This document shows, piece after piece, positions 1 through 10,487 of a stretch of DNA of 64,000 bases. The DNA comes from Chlorokybus atmophyticus (Eukaryota; Plantae; Mesostigma and Chlorokybus algae). A model generated the notes under the pieces. That model made no database searches. It was not told the DNA's origin and saw only the letters and a list, made by a program, of their open reading frames with translations. A program made the translations under genes and the position numbers. Location of the stretch: contig RHPI01000797.1 in the NCBI GenBank assembly GCA_009103225.1, forward strand, positions 70,384-134,383. The letters run 5' to 3'. Position 1 is the first letter of the stretch. Every line of letters starts with the position of its first letter.

Positions 1-720
1 CATCATAATCCTCAAGCTTCAAGCATATACAGCACCCGACATGTATGTCTGCATAGTACTGCAACTTTGAAACTGAAGCTCTGCCTTGCATGATAAGTTA
101 CTGAGCAGCGCTGACCTGAGAAGCCTAAGGGTACGTACGTAGGTTATAGGGGCGGACAGCTGGCGTGCGCAGTGCGGCACATGCAGATACTTCCCAGGCA
201 AGCAAGCAGCAGCAGCTGCGTCCAGCTCGCTCCCCGCCACCCCGCCGCCGCTGCCTCTGAACCTGCCGGTCCCTTAAAATGAGCCCGAAGCAAATCCTAA
301 GAGCACAACGCCGATATCGGGCCCTCACGTGCCGGCATTGTTGGGTTTGGCGGTGGCACCGTGCACACGGTACAAGATGATAGCTTGTGTAACACCTGTG
401 CACAAAAGATGCAAGAGGGAATGCATAACGTGCAAACCTACGTGCACATGCAATTCAACCAACACCACCAACACTCATCACATCGACCGGGGCAAGGCGC
501 CTACATGCTGCCTGTGTTGCCATTGGAGGGGCATGTAAATGTCGCCTAGAGATGTGTTTGTGAGTGGTCACGGTAAGCACTACCTGTTGCCGCAATAAGT
601 ATCCATAAAAGAAGCCCAGTGTCTACACATATCAGAGCCACACTTTGCATTGTGCAGGTGGTAGTGAACGCTGCTAATTAACGATAGGCTGTGCCACTTA
701 TGCGCAACCATGCGGGTGCA

Positions 721-786
721 TTGCCGGTGGCTATGGCCTCCGATTTGCTGCCACTCAGCGAATCCGAGGCCATAGCCACCAGGCAA
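721..786. repeat. Near-perfect inverted repeat (about 30-bp stem, 5-nt loop)
   Basis: TTGCC-GGTGGCTATGGCCTC-CGATTTGCTG-[CCACT]-CAGCGAATCC-GAGGCCATAGCCACC-A-GGCAA, with a 15-bp perfect core, one mismatch, one G-U and one bulge. Confidence 0.85.
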
Positions 787-1376
787 TCCATATCAAAGTG
801 CGCATTGTCAACAGAGCTTGCGCAAGTGTATTTTTTTTGTGAGATTGCCGTTTGCTGCCCAGGGCGTGGCTCTGTTGGAGAGAGCGACGACGGCCGCGTG
901 TGCAGCTCCGGGTTGGCCGCCACCGCGACCTGCTCCTATGACGACCCTCTGTGACAGTGCTCATGGTGTGAGGCCTGCGCAACCGATGCGCGCTAGCGTT
1001 CATAGTTGTGTTGTCATGTGTCTTCGCGTTGTGATTGTTTGGAATTGCGCAGTTGTGTTAGCCGTATGGCTTTGACACTAGGACCTTGTAATCGTTTGAC
1101 ATATTATTTACATAGAGAGAGAGTTTGCTGCACAGCTCCTTTCAGGGGAGTACACATGCGAAGTAAACAATTTACATCACCGCAAGCGCGCACGTTGACT
1201 ATGTACAACAAGGGTACTGGAGACGAATATGACTGCACACGTACCGCACCATTGCCGTTCAACATTGCATGGCCCTCAACATGGCTGCATGCCAACCCTC
1301 TCCGCTTACAGAAACCCTGAATGTTCTTTCACGAAGCTGCAGGCGAAGCCAAATCTTCCCACACCCAAAACAATGG

Positions 1377-4300
1377 TCACAAGTGTGGTGGTTGAAAGCC
1401 GGTGGCAGGATGAGGTTTTGCTGGCTCGCTACTGCTGTTGTTGTTGTTGCCTCCATGTCTATGCGGATCCAGCGACGAGGCAGCCGCAGGTTGCAAGCTT
1501 TGGAAAGCAGAAGCCACTGAAGGAGTCATTGTCGTGGGCGGTGCTGTGCTGGTTGGTGCCGTGCTGGTTGTGGGTGGACTTGCGGGTATGCTGCCAGGAG
1601 CTGGCTGTTGAGACACGGACCTGGTCAGTGCTTGGGGTGGAGTTGGATCAGGTGGTGGTGTAGTGCTGGCTGGCGGGCTGGCAGTTGCTGCATCAACACC
1701 GGGCCTGGAAGGTTCGATGTCCATTGCCTGCGCCAGCTGCATTCGTCAATCAAAACAATAATAGCTCAGCAACACGCGCCAATGCTGCTAGCTCACCTCT
1801 GCATGATCAGCGTCTCGGTGTTCAGCGCCGTTGCGGTTGGATCCCGCTGCGGGCTCCTGAAAAGGCTATAGTTCAACATGCATGTGCATGTCAACCAACA
1901 CGCGCACGCACGTGCATACACGACACAAAGCACAGAGATTACAGCCATGATACATCAGTACAGCTATACTCTATTAACCAACACCATACTGCCCCAGACC
2001 ACAGGTGCAATGAAACAAGCAATGTGAGTTAGCATCAATCACAGGCTTCATGCATCACCTCTGTTGCCATGGGCTGCGCTGCACCCTCCTCTAGCTTGGC
2101 AGACTTTGGTCTAGGTTCCATGATAGAAGGCCTTCACGTGCAAAACGGATGTCCACATCAGTAACGCCAAGCCAATACTGTACATAAAGAGATGGTCTTA
2201 CCTGTGAACTGCGTGCTCCACGGTAACTCGGGTCTTTGATCGTGTATGATCATCGTCATCGCTATCTGACATCTCGCCGTCGATAGACTTCTTACTGCGA
2301 TACCTTTGATCAGCATCATCTTCATCCTGCACACACATACACAAGTGAGGCATGAATGCATTCGAATGTTGGCATGACACCCTTGAGCCAATGGTGTGTG
2401 AATCGAACCCACCTCCTCTGCAAGGGTGTGCTCCGCCGGGCGATCATGAAACTGTACACTGGGTGCTGCTGGCAACTTTGAAAGGTTGTCTAGCAGCCTT
2501 GTCCTACAATGCCATGTTGTTATGAGCTGCAATGCGCTGGATGAGAGCGTGCGCGCGCAGATAAACGCACGCACACACATATAGACACGCATCAAACGTG
2601 ACAGCCAATGCTGCGTACCTGATCTTATCAAGGTACTCTTTGGGGTTCATGTTCTCCATGTTGCTTGGAGATATGTGCAAAGCAAACTCCGGCCCAAAGT
2701 ACTCGTAGTAATCGTTCTGAGGCAGCCTGTCTTCGAGCTCCACTCCCAAAAGGCAAGCTGTCTACAGGAATCAAAGCATATTGTCATGAAAGCCAAACAA
2801 AACCACATCTTTTAGGTTAATCACACTAATCAACATCATGCTACCTCATAACACCAACACCGTGCCACGTTGCGAATAGTGTACCCGCCCCCTCCCAGCA
2901 CCAGCAGCGGGACGCCGTAGCTGGAGACCAGCTTGACGCATTCGGCGTGGCCTCTGATGGACAGATTGAAACAGCCAAGCCTGTCACCCGCCAACGAGTC
3001 TGCACCGCATTGCAGCACAATAGCGCCAGGTTGGTACACCTCCATCACCTTGGAGACAAAACACATTAGAGGCTAAACAACCACACCTAACGTGTTGGTT
3101 TGTTGTAAAGGGCGTGTGTGAACAAGTGCAGGACGACAGAGGTGCAGTGCATGATGTTGGATGATGTACTACGAGTTTGGCCTTTTGAACACATGCACAC
3201 ACGCGCGAACACGCTGAAGGCTTCTCACCTTATCAATGAGCGGCTTGAACAGCGAGTGGTAGCTATCGTCATCGATGCCATCTCTGAGTGGCACGTTCAA
3301 CGAGTAATACTTGCCACGGCTGTGTCCAACATCACCCAAATCACCCGTGCCTGGAAAGTACTCTCCAAACTTGTGGAAAGAGACGGTCATGACGCGATCA
3401 GTAGTGTAAAAGGCTTCTTCCACACCATCGCCATGATGGATATCAATGTCGATGTACAACACACGATAGTGGTATTTCAACAACTCCAGGATGGCGAGGT
3501 TGATATCATTTACGTAACAAAAGCCAGAGGCTTCATTCTTCTTAGCATGGTGCAACCCGCCGGACCAATTGATGGCCACGTCTGTCTGCTTGTGATTCAG
3601 CTTGATCGCACCACCAATCGAGCCTCCGGCATATGTTTGACAAAACCGAAACAAACCATCAAAGACGGGACTGTCCTCACCTGTAAACACACATGCCCAT
3701 TGACAACTCCCTTGATGATGCATCTTGTCACAACAGTACGTTGTCACGTTTTACATGATATTATTGTGCATCATCACAACTTACACGAAGCCGCTGACAA
3801 TGTGTGCACAACAACTGCTTCTTACCGACATTGAAGCGCTTCATGTTGCGTGCTTGGTCATGCTGAGCTTCTGGCACGATGGTTTTGAGAAACTCCACGT
3901 ACTCGTCCGTGTGAAACTTGCTCATGTCCTCTTCTGTGGCCAAGTGCGGTCGGAAGATCTCCAGCTCCTTGTGCAGGCCGTAGTGCAAGAGAAGGTTGTG
4001 TGTCATCCGCATCCGGTGCGGCTTCATCGGATGCCCTTGCCCGTAATAGTAGTTGCCCACATCCGGATCGTAGAAGTAACACACCTGAAGTTGTACCGAG
4101 TTGAGCCATAGTCAAGCAAGCAAGTCAGTCACTGGACCTGTCTACTTAAAAATGTAAACAAGTGCATATGGGTCAGCAGAGTACAAGCGTCAGCAACAAG
4201 CAAAGCATGCAAGCATACTACCGTCGTTCACATCAGCTTAACCTGTCCTATCACTGCATGCAAAGACTATAGCTTTCCTCTATAAGCACAAGCATATTTT

Positions 4301-4676
4301 GACGTAAACAGCGGACTTACAACTTCCCTGCAAGCACATAACAAGTACAAGAATGCATGTACATCCAGCCCCCGCACTCACAGCGATAACCACAATTGCA
4401 ACACAAGGATGGTAGTAATAACCATTGCACTCCACAATCCACCTAGAGCTCAATGTGCACAGACATCGCTGTAAAGCTGCAGCAGCATGCATGTTGCATA
4501 AGCTGAATATGACAAGACTAGACGTCTGGAACGTTCTGTTCCGCCTCCAGCTTGCCATACCGCACGACTAAGCTGTCGCAACAGCCGTTAAACCTTACCT
4601 TTTTTTTCCGACCTATGCCTAGCTCCGGCCCAGACACGTTGCTGGCGCCCCCGCCGCCGTCCGCAAAGCTCGCCAT
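1377..4676 (-). CDS. HDAC1: Class I (RPD3/HDA19-like) histone deacetylase, about 10 exons, with a long Pro/Thr/Ser-rich C-terminal tail
   Basis: Exon 1 4676-4599 ([26 protein letters not shown]) splices to [29 protein letters not shown] (4084-3826). Catalytic motifs [57 protein letters not shown] and [12 protein letters not shown] are present. Acidic SDSDDDD exon and phase-compatible GT-AG exons continue to TGA at 1377-1379. Confidence 0.96.
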
Positions 4677-5011
4677 GGCGGGGTGTTGATGCTGCTCAGC
4701 CCAGCATTGAGGCCAAATGCCAGCTACGCCACAGCAGAGAACACTAAGATCCACACCACTCTGAAGAAAAAACTGACCAATCAGCCAGCAATGCCAACCA
4801 GGCCTATGCCTCCGCCGCCGCCGCCGCCGCCGCCGCCGCCTGCTTGCTTGCTGCCGCCAACGACGCTGGCGCTAACATGCAATCCGGATCTATTTGACTC
4901 CCAAACAAAACCGAGTCGACCAAACACTATCTTTGATCCGGATCGCGACATGTTTTTGCGGAGTATTTTTGCCACTTTTGCGGGCAGTTGCTTGCGGCAT
5001 TGTTCTCCGCC

Positions 5012-7935
5012 ATGGCGGCGGTCGCAGGAGACGGCGGCGGCGATGGGGCAGGTGGTGACGTACGTGACCTGTTTGGCCCAGGCAATGAGGTTTACATGCG
5101 CACGCAACCGCTTAGCCCTTGGCCACTCCCGGGCGGTTCGCTCAGCTTCCCCTCCGCCGCCACCGCTGCTCCCACGCCGCCACCGAGAGCTCCATCAGCT
5201 GGTTCTGAAACCCTAGATTACCACGTTACAAACCCCAGCCGGCATGCATCAGCAGCATTAAGCAAGCAAACATGGCAGCGTAGCTAGCTAGCATTGTGTT
5301 GATTTGCGACATGCATGCGCATGCATAGGCACTTCCCATGCATAAAATAACAGGTTGGTTACATCTACCAGACGACACCATTGAGCGTTCGTGACTTAGT
5401 ATGCAATCGGCGTGGAGCTTGCATGCCCAATTTTTGTAATATGTGACCACTCTTGAGGACGCATGACTCAACCATACATCACTTCTGCAATTGCACATGA
5501 TTTAGTGAAGGAGTTGTTTGACATCTGGCCTGTGTTTGACATCAAGTGCTAGCGTGTGTGAAGCATGCGTGCATGAGAAACATCATCCGCAAGCATGCAC
5601 TGATGCAAGCTGCATATGCTTATCGCCTGTAGCTGTTACTTGTTCACATGCAGCATTGTTCATCACACGTCATGCGGCACGTGAAGCATGGCATTTACTA
5701 AGCGAGCTTTTCCAAGTTTGAGCTTTTGGCCTCCAGTTGCATGCATCGCCAATAGCAAGTGCTGCATGAGCATCCTATGTTAACTCTGTTAACCCTCGAT
5801 GCCCTGGACTTGGCAGCTGAGGGCAGGCGTTTAGAAGCCGCGGTGCAGTTAGCGCAGCAGTTAGCTGCGCAGACCCAAGATGATGATGGTGCAGAGCACG
5901 CGGACAACATGCCGAGCGGCAGCGGGCGCACATACAAGCAGCCCTCTGCTCGCTTTGCACGACCCACACCGTCATCAAATGCCGCCAGGCCAGAACAACA
6001 TCAACAACTATTCCCGCCGACGACAATGTACCCCACTATAACGCCTGGAACAGGTGTGTATCTTGCGAGCAGCTGCAATCGACACGCGTCCTGTCTTTGC
6101 ATGTTCGTGTGCTTGTGTAAACAAACATGTTGCGCGGTTGTTGTATCTGCAGTTTGCGTGGCTGCGTTCAACATGGGGCCTGTCGGACACCTGAACACCG
6201 CGCTGCAGCGTAAGACAGACTTTCAGCAGGTGCTTGTTGACAGCAAGCGCTTGTGTGCATATGTGTGCGCTACAATGTGCCGTGCACGCTTGTGAACCAC
6301 ATTTGTTCAGATGCACGACCTTACACTGTGTGCCCCATGCAGCCAAAGCAGATCGCTTGCTTCAGCAAAAGTGCTGATGGCTCCGTCACCTACGACGATC
6401 GCCAGCTGGTTGGTGCTTGATTCATTGTGCATGCATCATTGAGACCAGATACAAACTAAGCAATGCTTTCATAAACCTTGGCAGCGCATGTTTCATCCAC
6501 CAAAGCTGGGAGCAGACCTCAGCCAGGGCATCGACACTTACATCGCCAAGAGCCGTGGTATTGTGCTGCATGCGCGAACAACATGGTTTGCAAGCCATGC
6601 ACGAGTTCCATGTGGCCTGCATGTATGCGTGCTGAATTTCGTGTTGCTCCTGCCTTGCATGCAGGCAAGGGTGTTGGAGAGGCGGCACCGTTGGGGGATG
6701 TATTGGACGGCCTACTTGCACACAATGCTTCCCTTCAAGACGTGCACTTTGTGGTATGGGTGCAAGTGTTGCAGTCTGTGCCTGCAGTGTTGCAACGTAG
6801 TATACATGTACACTTACGCCATGCTCTCTGATCTCTTCCACAGACTTACCGCAACAATCTCAACAAGGTTAGCTGTCTTCTTGTTGAGTGCTGTACCGCA
6901 TGCCCCTTGGACGGGCACAACATGACAGTACACACAATGTGCTTTGTTGTGGTGCACTAAGCTGCCATACTCACACAGATTCTGGGAACTGCCTACAACC
7001 GTGTGGACCCTTGGGAGATGGGAGTGGAGCGGCATGGCAGCACAATCTTCCTCGACGTGCATCAGATGGATGAAAGCCACAGAGAGAGTGACTGGCAACG
7101 CCGTTGGTATGTACAATGTCGACATTGTAGTCAACTTCTTTTTGCTGTATACAATGGGCAGTGTGGTGACCAATTTGTCTGTTGTTCTTCAGCATGTACT
7201 GGGGCTACTCTTTCGAGCGCTTTTGCACTGCGCCTGAAGATTCGACAGAGCCTGTGAATGCCAACGAGGAGTTCTGCTCGATACTGCGCACGAAACTCGG
7301 GCTGCATCGACTTGTTCTCGCTGCTGGTATGCTACGACAACCCGTACAACATGTGCTGATACACACCGCAGGCTAGTTACTGACACTTTTGATACGGGTA
7401 GAGGTTGACTGCTACAGGGTGGACTCCAAGCAGCGCCGGCAGTTTATGGAACTCAAAACCCACGGCGATCTCACAACCCCGAAAAAGGCAGCGGCTTTTG
7501 AGGATCGCAAGCTGAGACAGTTTTGGATCCAGGCGAGTTATTACTTCATTCGTACTGCCCGGATGTTGCCTTGCTGTGCATTATGATGATCATCACACCC
7601 AACACTCTTTTGGCGTGGTGCAGTCTTTCCTTGCAGGCATTGGGCGCATCGTGGTGGGCTTTCGCGACGACAAGGGGCGCCTCTTGAAGCTGGAAGACTT
7701 GGACACTTTCTTAATACCGAGGCGTGCGAAGGGCAAGTGGGAAGCTGCTGTCTGCTTGGCTTTTGCCGATGACGTCTTGACCTGGTTGCAACACAACGTG
7801 CTTGAGAACTGCCAATATGTACTGAAGTTTGACCCAAACTCCAACTTGCTGGAACTGTGTCAAGTGCACACTGGTATACCTGCATTGCAAGATACGCAAA
7901 GGTTGCAAGCGCTGCAAGCAGCAGCGCCTTCCTGA
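5012..7935 (+). CDS. DXO1: DXO/RAI1-family decapping 5'-3' exoribonuclease with an N-terminal extension (start codon tentative)
   Basis: Spliced exons give QPKQIACFSK, FHPPKLGADLSQG, TYRNNLNK, YWGYSFERFCT, NANEEFCSILRTKLG, EVDC, FMELKT, FWIQ/SFLAGIGRIVVGFRDDKG, ending TGA at 7933-7935. The 5' exons (ATG 5012, acceptor 5755) are phase-compatible but unverified. Confidence 0.9.
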
Positions 7936-8375
7936 CTTGTTATGTGCCTGAACTGTACCAAAGGGGTGTGCTACTATTCCGGCATGCATGTGTGGTTCAT
8001 TTAACTGAGACAGACACAGGTCACACACGCGTAACATATAGGATGCAGGGATTGTGGCATTGTGCTGAGTGTCAACATTTGCGTGATACCAAGCATAGCG
8101 TTCTGGATTACACAAAACACTCACACTTGCCAGTACACTTACTATACGTATACGACTACAGCAAGCAACATGCTTACTAACGCCGGTTGCATTGTTTGTG
8201 CGTTAGTCAGGGAGCAAGGAGCTGCTGATCACAATAAACACATACTGCAATAGTCAGTCAGCAAGATGCTGCTCGGAAGACAGCCATGCTATACACAAAC
8301 ATCACACCAACCTTTCTCTATAACTTCCAAGACAAGCACGCAACACGTGCACAACTCTTGCGGCAATCACCACAG

Positions 8376-8380
8376 TTACA
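8376..8380 (-). promoter_or_regulatory. Putative TGTAA polyadenylation signal directly after the PPCDC stop
   Basis: TGTAA follows the TAA immediately. The same pentamer lies shortly after the OTU-UBC stop (14164-14168, +) and the RTF1 stop (51066-51070, -). UGUAA is the known chlorophyte poly(A) signal. Confidence 0.55.
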
Positions 8381-8941
8381 TTATTCAATTTGTCTTTGCA
8401 CATGCTGTTGGACAAACTGAACAAGTGTAGCCAGCTCAGCCATAGCTCCATTGCCTACATCTCCGCAGGCCAAGCGCTTTGACACGGGAGGGATGATCTG
8501 CACTCCCAGCGACTGCAATGCAGACAGATGGCGCTCAGTGAAGGGACTCTCCCACATGAAAGTGTTCATGGCCGGTGCAACCAGCAGCGGCTTCGAGAAA
8601 TCCCAAGCGCGTACGATGCACGTAAGCAAGTTGTCGCACATGCCGCAGGCAATCTTCGCCATGGTGTTGGCGGACAGCGGCGCGACCACAAGGATGTCGG
8701 CCCATCTCCTCAACTCAATATGAAGCACATCATCGCCTATCTTGGTCCACTGGCTCCATTCATCTTCATCCGTCAACAGAGGGACTCCCTCAGGCAACAA
8801 GCTGCGGTTGACAAAATGAAGTGCCGCACGTGTTGTCACAACTTTAACGTCTGCTGTCTGCGACAGTGCAGTGGCAATATGTGCAAGCTTGATGCCTGCA
8901 ACACTGCCACTTGCGCCCAACAAGATGCGAGGCCTTTGCAT
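8381..8941 (-). CDS. PPCDC: Phosphopantothenoylcysteine decarboxylase (HAL3/CoaC flavoprotein), single exon, 186 aa
   Basis: Intronless ORF: RPRILLGASGSVA, LHIELRRWADILVVAPLSANTMAK, CDNLLTCIVRAWD, PAMNTFMW, KRLACGDVGNGAM. Confidence 0.96.
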   Translation of the reverse strand: MQRPRILLGASGSVAGIKLAHIATALSQTADVKVVTTRAALHFVNRSLLPEGVPLLTDEDEWSQWTKIGDDVLHIELRRWADILVVAPLSANTMAKIACGMCDNLLTCIVRAWDFSKPLLVAPAMNTFMWESPFTERHLSALQSLGVQIIPPVSKRLACGDVGNGAMAELATLVQFVQQHVQRQIE

Positions 8942-9020
8942 GGTCAACTGCAGCAATCATTCCCAAAGCTGGGGAGGTAAAAGACTCCTTGATTCAAGCC
9001 AGCAACCGCCGTGCTCTAAA

Positions 9021-9858
9021 CTAGTTCTCGCCTCTCAGCAAAGCCGCATCAATCTGTCGCCTCTCTCGCAATCGCTCTTTCTCCAACTTGCTTTTCTCGA
9101 AGTTGGCTGCCCGCTTCAGCTGCTTCTGCACACGCCAACAGTTATGCCTAATGCCATACACCTACCGCTGTGGACAACGCATTGAACAAGTGTGCAACGA
9201 CCCCAGTCTTTAATACAAATCTGAACTGCACTGCATAGAGCTGGCCAGCAGCAGCCTTGACTCAGACAGTTTGACTTGGCGCTTGACTCCAAGGAGTGCA
9301 TGGCAAAGGTCTATTGTGGAAAATGCTTGCACATCATTAGCCTTGAGCGCACCAGTATGCCAACGAAAATTTGCGTACCTCGCGGCGAAAGCACGCATCT
9401 AATGCTTCTTTGTGCTTGTTGCACACTCCAACAAACTTCTGCACAGGGTTTTCGTCGTGGCACTGCACCAAGCCTTCAATCTCCTGCACACGCCTTCATT
9501 GTTGTGTCCGGTTTCTTGACCTCGGCAACTAGCGACTCACAAACAATTTACGCATGCAATGCGGAAACTACATGTACAACACCCTAACAGACTAAGCAGG
9601 GTGGATGATCAGTCGAGCGTAGCGCTCAGCGAGCGTGAAAGTGACTCTGCACATCACGACACAATGCAAGCCCGGTCCACTGTGGCTCCCACGAATTGCA
9701 ACGGTTAAACCGGCAATACTTGAGCAAGACTGCGCTATGCAGCTAACCAGAGAAGGCTGACAAGTGAACAAGTGAACAAGTGAGATGCTGTAATTGTCTC
9801 TATTTGGCCTCACCTGCGTACACAGCGGATGCTTGTGCAACGACAGAGGCGGATGCAT
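9021..9858 (-). CDS. CMC2: CMC2-type twin-Cys mitochondrial cytochrome c oxidase assembly protein, 84 aa, 3 exons
   Basis: Exons 9858-9814, 9483-9379 and 9125-9021, all phase 0 with GT-AG, give MHPPLSLHKHPLCTQEIEGLVQCHDENPVQKFVGVCNKHKEALDACFRREKQLKRAANFEKSKLEKERLRERRQIDAALLRGEN*. This has the MHPPL..HxHPxC start, two CX9C motifs and the KRxxNFExSK motif typical of CMC2. Confidence 0.93.
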
Positions 9859-10487
9859 ACCCAGGTACACAGCTGTCTAAGTCCCCTTCTTCCAGCTGCC
9901 GCTCGTCCTCCTCGTCCTTCTCGTCCTCCTTCGCCTCCACCTCAGCCGGCGCCGAACACAGCTGTGCTGCAGGTGACGTACCACTTAGCGTTTCTCTGGG
10001 TTGGTTGCATGCGTTGCCCGCCTGTGCTGGCGCCCTGTTGCCTCGCAGTGCGCAACTCTCAGGGTCAACTTGGCACGGCATCGATGATTTCTTGCGTGGA
10101 TGCTACCATCGGCGACGGCGGTGACGTGCAGGACCACGAGGAGGAGGTCGTCGTGCTTGCTGTGCATGCTCGCTGCTGGTCTATGTCCAGTTGCCTTCCT
10201 GCCTCGTTTAAGCAGCCTGCGCGAAGTGAGCTTCGCTCCGCTTGCCTGCATGTCATGCCAGGCCAGAAGCATGCGGTAGCACCAAGCTTGCAGCAGCCGC
10301 TTCTGATCCCTGAAGGCGTAGCGTCTATATCTTTTTCAAATTCAGCTTAGTTAGAGCTGGAGTTTAAACTGGATCTGACTTTCGTGCATGTCGCATGGTC
10401 AAGTGGCCCAGGCTGCATTTGGGTCATGCGCTCGGCCAGTTCTATCGTGATTAATTAGCAGTTCAGCTGATATTGCACTTATTGACC

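Noticed and set aside
1-1376. Possible exons at the window start (e.g. + strand YFPGKQAAAAASSSLPATPAAAASEPAGPLK*, and several short minus-strand ORFs)
   Set aside because: No consistent splice model or recognisable motif on either strand, so no CDS was called.
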